Assembly (NCBI RefSeq): GCF_003945235.1
Contig: NZ_RSDW01000001.1
Span: 6,000,001-6,032,000, forward strand
Direction: 5' to 3'
From: Edaphobacter aggregans
Lineage (GTDB): Bacteria; Acidobacteriota; Terriglobia; Terriglobales; Acidobacteriaceae
DNA length: 32,000 nucleotides
Part shown: in pieces, positions 24,574 to 32,000 of the stretch
How positions within the stretch are numbered: the stretch's first letter is position 1
How the letters are laid out: each line of letters opens with the position of its first letter
Translations under genes and position numbers: made by a program
Notes under the pieces: generated by a model
Seen by the model: the letters and a program-made list of their open reading frames with translations, nothing else
What the model was told of the DNA's origin: nothing
Databases searched by the model: none

Positions 24574-25425
24574 ATGGACTGGACTCCTGGTGGTCTCAGT
24601 GAAGATGTAGAGGACCGGCGTGGGTCTTCTGGTGGCGGTTTTGGCGGTGGAGGAATTGGGATTATTGGGATTGTCTTCCTCCTGATCCTCAGTTTGGTTA
24701 CGGGGCGGAACTACATTGGCAGTTACCTTTCAGGCGGCGGGGCGGGGCCGTCGCGGGCTGCGGCTCCGTCACCTGACGAGGAGAGGTCGGCGCAGCTTGT
24801 GTCGTGGACGCTGGATGACGTTCAGAAAGTGTGGACCGTTGTCCTGCCGGAGCAGACGGGGAAGGAGTATCGTCATGCGCATTTGGTGCTCTTTCGTGAT
24901 TACACTCAGTCCGGTTGCGGAGTTGCGAAGTCGCAGAGCGGGCCGTTCTATTGCCCGGTGGATGAGAAGGTGTACATCGACCTGAGCTTCTGGGATGAGT
25001 TGAGACGGCTCGGCGGCAGCACGGCTGACTTTGCCCAGGCCTACGTGATTGCTCATGAACTTGGACATCATGTTCAGAACATTCTAGGGATTGAACGGGA
25101 GGTGAGGTGGTTGTCGAGGCAAGAGCCTTCGCAGCAGAATCCTCTGTCGGTCAAACTTGAATTGCAGGCCGATTGCTTTGCGGGTATCTGGGCCCATAGC
25201 ACGGCTCAGCACCACCTGATCGATAAGGCGGATGTGGCCGAAGGGCTGAAGGCGGCGGCGGCCGTGGGCGACGATCACATTCAGAAGATGTCCCGGGCGG
25301 CGGTTAGTCCGGAGACGTTTACGCATGGCACGTCGGCTCAACGCATCGAGTGGTTCAAGCGCGGGCTCGATGAGGGGAAGGTTTCGGCTTGCGATACATT
25401 TGGTGCTGGGGGTGGGTCTTTTTAA
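24574..25425 (+). CDS. YpfJ-family putative neutral zinc metallopeptidase
   Basis: 283 aa. Gly-rich N-terminus followed by one TM segment. GPFYCPVDEKVYIDLSFW and the zinc motif AHELGHHVQN. GGAGGTGA lies 5 nt upstream of the ATG. Confidence 0.8.
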   Translation: MDWTPGGLSEDVEDRRGSSGGGFGGGGIGIIGIVFLLILSLVTGRNYIGSYLSGGGAGPSRAAAPSPDEERSAQLVSWTLDDVQKVWTVVLPEQTGKEYRHAHLVLFRDYTQSGCGVAKSQSGPFYCPVDEKVYIDLSFWDELRRLGGSTADFAQAYVIAHELGHHVQNILGIEREVRWLSRQEPSQQNPLSVKLELQADCFAGIWAHSTAQHHLIDKADVAEGLKAAAAVGDDHIQKMSRAAVSPETFTHGTSAQRIEWFKRGLDEGKVSACDTFGAGGGSF

Positions 25426-25500
25426 GTATCTCCATCCGTATACTTTTCGGCCTAAAGTATTCGAATGAAATGACTTGGCCGTGGACTTCTGTATAAGCAA

Positions 25501-25527
25501 TACAAAAACCCGGCGAGTGTGCCGGGC
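25501..25527 (-). terminator. Intrinsic terminator for the RHH / coiled-coil gene pair (possibly bidirectional)
   Basis: CCCGGC (25509-25514) pairs with GCCGGG (25521-25526) around a 6-nt loop. On the minus strand it is followed by TTTTTGTATT. On the plus strand the trailing U-tract is weak. Confidence 0.7.
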
Positions 25528-25646
25528 TCTGATGTTTCTGATCTATCTAGTTTATCAACTCAGTGGGAATTGTTCGGCACTGGGATGTTTTCTGGAGTGA
25601 GTGAGATGCAGCGTCCAGAGCTTGACAGGATTTTGAGGAGCGGGTG

Positions 25647-25847
25647 TCAGGTGGTTTCGCCGGGAAGGGTGCGGCGACGTGAGGGGCGCTGGCCTACTTC
25701 TACGAAGGTTTCGATTCGGATGAGGCGGCGGTCGATGCTGGAGACGTCGTCGGCCAGGCGGCTTACTTTTTCGTCGAGGCGCTTGATGTTCTCGGTGGCC
25801 AGGAGGATTTGCCTGGCGGCGCTCATGAAGTTATCGGCGAGGCTCAT
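25647..25847 (-). CDS. Hypothetical 66-aa coiled-coil protein
   Basis: MSLADNFMSAARQILLATENIKRLDEKVSRLADDVSSIDRRLIRIETFVEVGQRPSRRRTLPGETT has a heptad-like pattern and a basic tail. The ATG lies 9 nt after the RHH gene stop, with AGGAAT upstream. Confidence 0.55.
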   Translation of the reverse strand: MSLADNFMSAARQILLATENIKRLDEKVSRLADDVSSIDRRLIRIETFVEVGQRPSRRRTLPGETT

Positions 25848-25856
25848 GGGCTATTC

Positions 25857-26153
25857 CTATGGGTTGAGTTGAAGATGAAGTTCATCCAGCCGCTTGCAGG
25901 TGTTGGCGAGCGAGCGGTTTGCGCCTTCGAGCGCATCCATGAGCATGACGAGGGTTGATTCCATCATCTTCTCTTCTTCTTCTTTTCGGATGCGGGCTTC
26001 GAGGGTCTTGTAGGTGTCGAGGGAGCGGCGGATGATCTCGCCCGAGGAGACTTTTTCTTTGGCGGCCAGCTTTTCGAGTTTCTTTCGGTCGCTGTCACGG
26101 AGGAGGACTACGGTTCGGCTGTTGGCGCGCTCGGACTTTGCTGGGGTAGCCAT
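25857..26153 (-). CDS. Ribbon-helix-helix (CopG/Arc-like) DNA-binding protein with a C-terminal coiled coil
   Basis: 98 aa. RTVVLLRDSDRKKLEKLAAKEKVSSGEIIRRSLDTY fits the strand-helix-helix pattern. The remainder is Glu- and Leu-rich helix. No obvious SD upstream of the ATG. Confidence 0.65.
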   Translation of the reverse strand: MATPAKSERANSRTVVLLRDSDRKKLEKLAAKEKVSSGEIIRRSLDTYKTLEARIRKEEEEKMMESTLVMLMDALEGANRSLANTCKRLDELHLQLNP

Positions 26154-26169
26154 GTGTCAAGCGTAGCAC

Positions 26170-26189
26170 ATGTGCATGATATGTGCATG
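26170..26189. promoter_or_regulatory. Candidate operator: direct repeat ATGTGCATG x2 with 11-bp phasing
   Basis: ATGTGCATG occurs at 26170-26178 and 26181-26189. A degenerate third copy, ATGTGTCAA, is at 26152-26160. The repeat overlaps the perfect palindrome GCACATGTGC (26166-26175). It lies in the 78-bp divergent region between the RHH gene and the NUDIX gene. Confidence 0.45.
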
Positions 26190-26231
26190 TAGATGAGGTT
26201 ACAGACGTTCGATGTGGAGGCTGAGCCATCT

Positions 26232-26690
26232 ATGGCGAAACGAAGTGCTGGGCTTATTGTGTATCGACGGCGGGGGGATGGCCTGGAGGTGTTTCTGGTG
26301 CATCCCGGTGGTCCTTTCTGGGCCAAGAAAGATCTAGGTGCCTGGTCGATACCGAAGGGTGAGTATGAGGAGGGGGAGGATGGGCTTGATGCGGCGAGGC
26401 GGGAGTTCTGGGAGGAGACAGGTTTTGCTGTGGACGGAGATTTTCTTGAGGTAGGAACGATCAAACAGCCTGGTGGGAAAGTGGTTGCGGCGTGGGCTGT
26501 TGCGGGTGAGTTTGACGCTGCGCTTTTGCGGAGCAATGTGTTTGAGATGGAGTGGCCTCCGCGGTCTGGACTGATACAGGAGTTTCCGGAGGTGGATCGG
26601 GGAGGGTGGTTTTCGATTGAAGAGGCTCGGGGGAGGATTTTGAAGGGGCAGGTGGGGTTGCTGGAGATGCTTTGTTCGGTTTTGCGATGA
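26232..26690 (+). CDS. NUDIX hydrolase
   Basis: Nudix box GEYEEGEDGLDAARREFWEETGF. N-terminus SAGLIVYRRRGDGLEVFLVHPGGPFWAKKDLGAWSIPKG. I chose the ATG at 26232, which has GGAGG 12 nt upstream, over the track start at 26193. Confidence 0.85.
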   Translation: MAKRSAGLIVYRRRGDGLEVFLVHPGGPFWAKKDLGAWSIPKGEYEEGEDGLDAARREFWEETGFAVDGDFLEVGTIKQPGGKVVAAWAVAGEFDAALLRSNVFEMEWPPRSGLIQEFPEVDRGGWFSIEEARGRILKGQVGLLEMLCSVLR

Positions 26691-26740
26691 CTTCGCAACC
26701 TTCGCGGTGAGGCTCGTTCGGGAGACACCACGGTCTTTGG

Positions 26741-26968
26741 TCAATCCCGGTATTTATCTGCATTTTTCAGATTTCGGAGGTGGCGCGCTCTGTTTACTTC
26801 ACCAAATAGCGCGACCACTATAAAGAAGCAGACAAACTCTTCGACAAGATCTTTCCAGGAATGTCCAAAACCGCGCCCCTCATCGGTCTTCTGACTAATA
26901 GCAATCAAAACGGATGTCACAAGCACATAGAGCCAGATTTGTCGGGGCAGTTTCTGTATGTCTTTCAC
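26741..26968 (-). CDS. Hypothetical small membrane protein (75 aa)
   Basis: Two hydrophobic segments (IWLYVLVTSVLIAI, FVCFFIVVALFG). GTG start and a weak RBS. The region is AT-richer than its neighbours. It may not be a real gene. Confidence 0.35.
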   Translation of the reverse strand: MKDIQKLPRQIWLYVLVTSVLIAISQKTDEGRGFGHSWKDLVEEFVCFFIVVALFGEVNRARHLRNLKNADKYRD

Positions 26969-27057
26969 GCTGCCATGCTCTCAGGCTTGTAAAGGAATGT
27001 GTAAGGTTTCGGTGCGACTTATTCCCAGGCGTCAAGTATATTTGTGCCCGGATTTTG

Positions 27058-28011
27058 TTAGCGGGCCATGCGTTCGAGGTGACGGTAGCCGCCGGTGGCT
27101 ATGAACAGGGTCATGAAGACGGAGAGGTTGTAGCAGGCGTGTACCAGAGTGGAGCAGGCTACGGAGTGGGTCCGGATTCGGACCGTGGTGAGGACGAGGG
27201 AGACGCAGAAGAGGACGAAGAGGGCGGCCCAGGCGTGGGCTAGCTGCTCGGCGTGGAGGAGAGCGAAGAAGATGCTTGAGAGGATGCCCGAGAAGACGAG
27301 GGCGGCGGTGGTGAGGCCGGTGGTGATCTTCCAGTGCTCGTGCGCGGCGGGGTTGCGGGGGAGCGAGAGCCAGTCGTAGGCGATGGCGAAGGCGGGAAGG
27401 AGGAAGCCGCGGAAACAGATCTCCTCGAACATGGGTGCGAGGAGGGTTCCGAAGGCGGTGACCAGCCAGACGTCGGAGGGGGTGCGGAAGAAGTCGTCCA
27501 TGGGGACGGACTTGGGGACGGGGATGAGCGAAGAGATGGCCTGCACGGCGAAGCCCAAGACTAGACCGATGGGGATGAGCTTGAAGGCGTTACGGCGGGC
27601 GGCGGCGAAGTCCCATTGGAGGCCGGTGCCGAAGGGTCGGTTCCAGAGGAGGGGGAAAAAGAAGAAAGAGATGATGAGGGTGGCGATGTAGGCGATGGCC
27701 TCGGATGCTACGACTAGCTTCGGCGAGACGGTGGCGAGGCTCACGGCGTGACCTGGATGAACGATGCCGAGAAGGATTCCCTGAGAGAGAAGGAGCACAA
27801 GGGCGGCGAAGGAGACGAAGAGCGCGGCGTGGCCGATGTGCGGGATGCGAGCGGGGACTCCGGTGCCGGGAGCCATGGATGGAGGAGGGGCTTCGATGAC
27901 GATGGCCTGGCCCTTGGTGGGGTCGATGGCGAGTGCGGGGTTGGGGTCAGCCTGGGGTTGGGAGGAGGCTCTTGGATCGCCGGAAAGCGGAGGTGTCAGG
28001 GGCGTGCTCAT
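27058..28011 (-). CDS. CPBP-family intramembrane glutamic endopeptidase (CAAX protease / Abi-like)
   Basis: 317 aa. The three CPBP motifs are [21 protein letters not shown] and LVHACYNL. Pro-rich cytoplasmic N-terminus. The ATG overlaps the uvrA TGA as ATGA. Confidence 0.85.
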   Translation of the reverse strand: MSTPLTPPLSGDPRASSQPQADPNPALAIDPTKGQAIVIEAPPPSMAPGTGVPARIPHIGHAALFVSFAALVLLLSQGILLGIVHPGHAVSLATVSPKLVVASEAIAYIATLIISFFFFPLLWNRPFGTGLQWDFAAARRNAFKLIPIGLVLGFAVQAISSLIPVPKSVPMDDFFRTPSDVWLVTAFGTLLAPMFEEICFRGFLLPAFAIAYDWLSLPRNPAAHEHWKITTGLTTAALVFSGILSSIFFALLHAEQLAHAWAALFVLFCVSLVLTTVRIRTHSVACSTLVHACYNLSVFMTLFIATGGYRHLERMAR

Positions 28012-31000
28012 GTTCGTTTTGTCTTGGATGTTGTCTGGGACTTTGTTTGGGACGTTTTCTTGGCCTTGGCCGTAGTCTTTTTGGCAGTAGTGGAGGTCTT
28101 CTTCGGCTTGGCTATTTTTGTCGCTTCGGACAGTGTAGATGCGCGCGGGGTGGGGACGCCGGTTTTCTTTTCGGGAGCAATGAATTTGGTTTTGGGCTTT
28201 TTGATGGCGTCGGCCAGGGCGCGGATGTTCGCGGGTTGGGGGCCTGCGTGGCTGGTGCCGTTGGGCTGGGGGACGGCTTCGGGATGGTTGGCGTAGTAGC
28301 GAGTGAGGAAGCTGCCGGTGTGGGAGGCAGGGACGGTGGCGATCTGCTCGGGCGTGCCGTGGGCGACGATGCGGCCGCCACCTTCGCCGCCTTCTGGGCC
28401 GAGGTCGAGAATGTAGTCGGCGTTGCGGATGATGTCGAGGTTGTGCTCGATGATGATGACGGTGTTGCCAAGGTCGGTGAGGCGGTGGAGGACTTCGAGG
28501 AGCTTGCGTACGTCGTCGAAGTGGAGGCCGGTGGTGGGCTCGTCAAGGAGGTAAAGGGTGCGGCCGGTTTGGCGCTTGGAGAGTTCGCGGGCTAGCTTCA
28601 TGCGCTGGGCTTCGCCGCCAGAGAGGGTGGTGGCGGATTGGCCGAGGTGAATGTAGCCGAGGCCTACGTCGACGAGGGTCTGGAGCTTGATGCTGACGGC
28701 GGGGATGTCTTTGAGGATGGGCAGGGCATCTTCGATGGGGAGGTCGAGAAGGTCGGCGATGCTGTAGCCGTTGAACTTGACGGCGAGGGTCTCCTGATTG
28801 TAACGACGTCCGTTACATACTTCGCAGAGGACGTAGACGTCGGGAAGGAAGTTCATCTCGATGCGGCGCTGGCCTTCGCCCTGGCAGGCTTCGCAGCGTC
28901 CGCCTTGCACGTTGAAGCTGAAACGGCCGGGCTTGTAGCCGCGCTCGCGAGATTCGGGGAGCATGGCGAAGAGATCTCTTATTGCCGTAAACACCCCCGT
29001 ATAGGTAGCAGGGTTGCTGCGCGGGGTTCGGCCGATGGGCGACTGGTCGATCTGGATGACCTTGTCGATCTGGTCGATGCCGATGACGCGGCCGTGCTGG
29101 CCGGGCTCTTCGCGGGAGCCGTAGAGTTCTTTGGCGAGGGAGCGGTAGAGGATGTCGTTGACGAGGGTCGATTTGCCGCTGCCGCTGACTCCGGTGATGA
29201 CGGTCATGACGCCGAGAGGGAAGTGGGCGGTGACGTTCTGTAGGTTGTGGGAGTGGGCGTCTTCGACGGTGATCCAGTTTCCGGTGAGGGGGCGTGGGGT
29301 TTCGCGGGCGAGGATTTCGATCTTGCCGGCGAGGTACTGGCCGGTGAGGGAGGCAGGGTTGTCCATGACCTGCTGGGGTGTGCCGTCGGCGATGAGGTGG
29401 CCGCCGTTTTTTCCGGCCCCGGGGCCGAGGTCGAGGACGTAGTCGGCTTTGCGGATGGTGTCTTCGTCGTGCTCGACGACGAGGACGGTGTTGCCGAGGT
29501 CGCGGAGGTCTTCGAGGGCGTTGATGAGGCGCTGGTTGTCGCGCTGGTGGAGACCGATGGAGGGCTCGTCGAGGACGTAGAGGACGCCACGGAGTTTTGA
29601 GCCGATCTGGGTGGCGAGGCGGATGCGCTGGCCTTCGCCGCCGGAGAGAGTGGCGGCGGAACGGTCGAGCGAGAGATAGCCAAGGCCTACGGCGTTGAGG
29701 AATTCGAGGCGTTCGATGATCTCGCGCTGGAGGCGGTCGGCGATGATGCGGTCGCGACCGGTGAAGTTTAGTGCGCGGGCGTTGTTGAGGGCGCGTTCGA
29801 GGGATAGGGCCGTGAATTCGGCTATGGATGCGCCGTTGACGGTGACGGCGAGGGATTCGGGGCGGAGGCGGCGGCCTTTGCAGACGGGGCAGGTGCTCGC
29901 GGACATGTACTGCATCATGTACTCGCGGTAGCCCTCGGATTTGGTGTCTTCGAGGTTGGAGCGGAGGTAGGCGAAGATGCCGTGGAAGCCAGTGCGGCCT
30001 GCTTCGTTGCGCGGAGGGCCGTAGAGGAAGAGGTTCTGCTGCTCGGTGGTGAGCTGGTCGAAGGGCTTGCGGATGTCGATTTTGTATTTTTCGGCGGCCA
30101 GCTTGATGAGGCGCAGCAGGTATTGTGAGGCTGAGCCGGGGCCCATGGCCCCATCCAGAAGTGGCTTGGACCAGTCGGAGATGGTTTTGGCGGGGTCGAA
30201 GTCGTAGATGCTGCCTAGGCCGTGGCACTCGGGGCAGGCGCCGTAGGTGGAGTTGAAGGAGAAGCTGCGGGGCTCGAGGCGGGGGACGTTGATGCCGCAG
30301 TCGGGACAGGCCATGGAGGAGCTGTAGAGGGTCTCGTCCTGGGCGCGGGTGGTGGGGTTCTGGATGCCGATGAGGACGAGGCCGTTGGCCATCTGGAGGG
30401 CTTTGGCTACGGAGGCTTCGAGGCGGCGGGTGTCGTATTTGGGAGCGGCGTTGGCTAGCGCGGCGGTGGTGTTGTCCGGTGGAAGCGGCTTGAGGATGAT
30501 GCGGTCGACGATGGCTTCGATGGTGTGGTTCTTGCGCTTTTCGAGGCGCATGCCCTCGGTGAGCTCGACCATTTCGCCGTCGACTCGGGCGCGGAAGCCT
30601 TGTTGGTCGAGGGCTTCGAGCTCTTCGCGGAATTCGCCCTTGCGGCCACGGACGATGGGGGCGTAAATGGTGATGCGTTCGCCGGGGGCGAGGGCGACGA
30701 TGCGCTCGACGATCTGGTCGGCGGACTGGCGGGAGATGGGGCGGGCGCAGTTGGGGCAGTGGGGCTGGCCGACGGAGGCGTAGAGGAGGCGGAGGTAGTC
30801 GTAGATTTCGGTGATGGTGCCGACGGTGGAGCGGGGGCTGCGGGAGGTGGTTTTTTGCTCGATGGAGATGGCGGGGGAGAGGCCGTCGATGGCGTCGACG
30901 TCGGGGCGCTCCATCTGGTCTAAAAATTGTCTGGCGTAGGCCGATAAGGTTTCTACGTAGCGGCGTTGGCCTTCAGCGTAGATGGTGTCGAAGGCGAGGG

Positions 31001-31121
31001 AGGATTTTCCGGAGCCAGAGAGGCCGGTGACGACTGTGAGGGTGTTGCGCGGGATGCTGACGTTGACGTTGCGCAGGTTATGCTGGCGTGCTCCGCGGAC
31101 GGTGATGTGTGTGATGCCCAT
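28008..31121 (-). CDS. uvrA: Excinuclease ABC subunit A (UvrA) with a Lys/Thr-rich C-terminal extension
   Basis: [55 protein letters not shown]. Two ABC modules (second Walker [10 protein letters not shown]). Zinc-finger Cys pairs CPDCG...CPECHG and CEACQGEG...CEVCNG. I chose the ATG at 31121; 31172 is possible. The track start at 31346 adds 75 residues that do not look like UvrA. Confidence 0.95.
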   Translation of the reverse strand: MGITHITVRGARQHNLRNVNVSIPRNTLTVVTGLSGSGKSSLAFDTIYAEGQRRYVETLSAYARQFLDQMERPDVDAIDGLSPAISIEQKTTSRSPRSTVGTITEIYDYLRLLYASVGQPHCPNCARPISRQSADQIVERIVALAPGERITIYAPIVRGRKGEFREELEALDQQGFRARVDGEMVELTEGMRLEKRKNHTIEAIVDRIILKPLPPDNTTAALANAAPKYDTRRLEASVAKALQMANGLVLIGIQNPTTRAQDETLYSSSMACPDCGINVPRLEPRSFSFNSTYGACPECHGLGSIYDFDPAKTISDWSKPLLDGAMGPGSASQYLLRLIKLAAEKYKIDIRKPFDQLTTEQQNLFLYGPPRNEAGRTGFHGIFAYLRSNLEDTKSEGYREYMMQYMSASTCPVCKGRRLRPESLAVTVNGASIAEFTALSLERALNNARALNFTGRDRIIADRLQREIIERLEFLNAVGLGYLSLDRSAATLSGGEGQRIRLATQIGSKLRGVLYVLDEPSIGLHQRDNQRLINALEDLRDLGNTVLVVEHDEDTIRKADYVLDLGPGAGKNGGHLIADGTPQQVMDNPASLTGQYLAGKIEILARETPRPLTGNWITVEDAHSHNLQNVTAHFPLGVMTVITGVSGSGKSTLVNDILYRSLAKELYGSREEPGQHGRVIGIDQIDKVIQIDQSPIGRTPRSNPATYTGVFTAIRDLFAMLPESRERGYKPGRFSFNVQGGRCEACQGEGQRRIEMNFLPDVYVLCEVCNGRRYNQETLAVKFNGYSIADLLDLPIEDALPILKDIPAVSIKLQTLVDVGLGYIHLGQSATTLSGGEAQRMKLARELSKRQTGRTLYLLDEPTTGLHFDDVRKLLEVLHRLTDLGNTVIIIEHNLDIIRNADYILDLGPEGGEGGGRIVAHGTPEQIATVPASHTGSFLTRYYANHPEAVPQPNGTSHAGPQPANIRALADAIKKPKTKFIAPEKKTGVPTPRASTLSEATKIAKPKKTSTTAKKTTAKAKKTSQTKSQTTSKTKRT

Positions 31122-31414
31122 GGTAGGTGTGGCCCTGGCTGCTTCGAGGGCCAAGTCTCTAGGATACGGCATTTCGGAGACTGGCTGGGTTGGGAGTGAG
31201 TTGGCCCGATTGCCGGGACTATCGACGGATGCCAGGGGATCTGCGCTGGCACGGGCCTTGGGCAACCGAATGTGGGAGATATGTATCCGAAGATGCAATA
31301 GGTAAGGACGTTTGGGGCATTGTAAATCCTTGCCGGTTTGCAACAATGGTGTACGGATAGAGCTGAGTGTGCCTGCAGGAATGGGCGCGGCTGGAAAAGA
31401 TAGAGGGAGTGGTT

Positions 31415-31591
31415 GTGAATTCGTCGATTGTGTTGGTTTCTGCGGTGTTGGCGTCGTTGGCGGTGGGTGTGGTGTTTGCCTATGGAGTCTGCATCGCGAT
31501 GTTCAGTATCTTCCGTATTCACGCTCGTCAGGTGGCTGCTGTGAGGCTGGCGCGGAGTGTGGTGGCTCAGACGCAGGTGGTGGAAGGCTAA
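31415..31591 (+). CDS. Possible 58-aa single-TM protein
   Basis: GTG at 31415 has GAGGGAG 5 nt upstream. The hydrophobic core is [31 protein letters not shown]. It is divergent from uvrA. The support is weak. Confidence 0.3.
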   Translation: MNSSIVLVSAVLASLAVGVVFAYGVCIAMFSIFRIHARQVAAVRLARSVVAQTQVVEG

Positions 31592-31642
31592 ACGTCTCGC
31601 TTAGATTTGATATGTTTTGAAATGATGAAAATTTGAGCTGGG

Positions 31643-32000
31643 CTATTTGGGCGGATTGCTCTGCTGTTGTTGGCGCAGACGCATGAGCTCGTCGTAGATT
31701 TGCTGGGGTGTCTTGACTCCGTTGGGGGACTGCTGCTGCGTGGAGTCCGCTGGGGGCGGAGTGGGGGCAGCTGTTTCCGGGTTGTTCTGCACAGGAGTTG
31801 ACGAGGTCGCTGGCGTTGCTGCCGGTTGTGGTGGCTGCGTCTGCGGCGGATTGGGTTGGACAGCTTCAGGGGCCGGGCGCGAGGGTGGTTCTTCTGGTTC
31901 GTTGTCGTCGAAGCGGGCCGCGTTCGGATTCGGAGGTGTTGGACCGCCCATCCGCGGGGTAAGGATCAGTTCCGCAGGAGCGGAGGTCGTGCTCTGGACA
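31643..32000 (-). CDS. C-terminal part of a protein with a Pro/Gln-rich tail (5' end outside the window)
   Basis: The frame is open upstream of the track ATG (31951) all the way to position 32000 (...VQSTTSAPAELILTPRMGGPTPPNP...). Low-complexity P/Q/T-rich sequence ending in YDELMRLRQQQQSNPPK. Confidence 0.4.
   Translation of the reverse strand, partial: VQSTTSAPAELILTPRMGGPTPPNPNAARFDDNEPEEPPSRPAPEAVQPNPPQTQPPQPAATPATSSTPVQNNPETAAPTPPPADSTQQQSPNGVKTPQQIYDELMRLRQQQQSNPPK

Noticed and set aside
28813-30228. 471-aa Arg/Pro-rich minus-strand ORF
   Set aside because: It is an alternative frame inside uvrA. No plausible protein features.
31122-31346. 75-codon N-terminal extension of uvrA in the track ORF
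   Set aside because: UvrA proteins begin a few residues before the I.V.GA..HNL motif. The extension is not UvrA-like.
31122-31414. LexA/SOS box upstream of uvrA
   Set aside because: I searched by eye for GTTC-N7-GTTC, GAAC-N4-GTTC and CTGT-N8-ACAG on both strands and found none.
1-32000. Mobile element, prophage or defence island
   Set aside because: There are no integrase, transposase, tRNA target or terminal-repeat signatures. Gene content is core metabolism, repair and envelope. The only compositional dips are the short patches reported above.

Overview
High-GC bacterial chromosomal segment. Protein sequences and the style of the intergenic repeats suggest Acidobacteriota, Terriglobia-like, but this is inference only. 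Gene content is mostly housekeeping. I saw no rRNA, tRNA, CRISPR array, transposase, integrase or recognisable defence gene.

The left third (1-11244, minus strand) is a complex I (nuo) operon with an unusual layout: nuoA-nuoC-nuoD-[131 aa + 99 aa ORFs]-nuoE-nuoF-[41 aa ORF]-nuoG-nuoH-nuoJ-[110 aa ORF]-nuoK-nuoL. nuoB and nuoI are absent. Four small non-canonical ORFs exactly fill the non-canonical gaps, with overlapping or abutting stop and start codons.

The remaining genes, in order:
- pilD-like prepilin peptidase
- OprB-like porin
- small two-TM protein
- thiG, behind a structured leader that ends in a strong intrinsic terminator 3 nt before the start codon
- ruvC, overlapping (ATGA) a secreted hypothetical gene that is followed by a FecR-domain Trp/Gly/Pro-rich protein
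- rsmA
- a repeat-rich spacer (G-tracts, GC hairpins, 18-nt tandem repeat)
- glgA
- APC permease
- GT39 glycosyltransferase
- YpfJ-like zinc peptidase
- a ribbon-helix-helix plus coiled-coil small-gene pair, with 11-bp-phased direct repeats in its promoter region
- NUDIX hydrolase
- small membrane ORF
- CPBP protease
- uvrA with a Lys/Thr-rich C-terminal tail

The most unusual signal I can support is the nuo operon architecture. All homology calls come from motif recognition by eye; no searches were run. The supplied ORF track renders non-ATG starts as M, so I checked start codons in the DNA.
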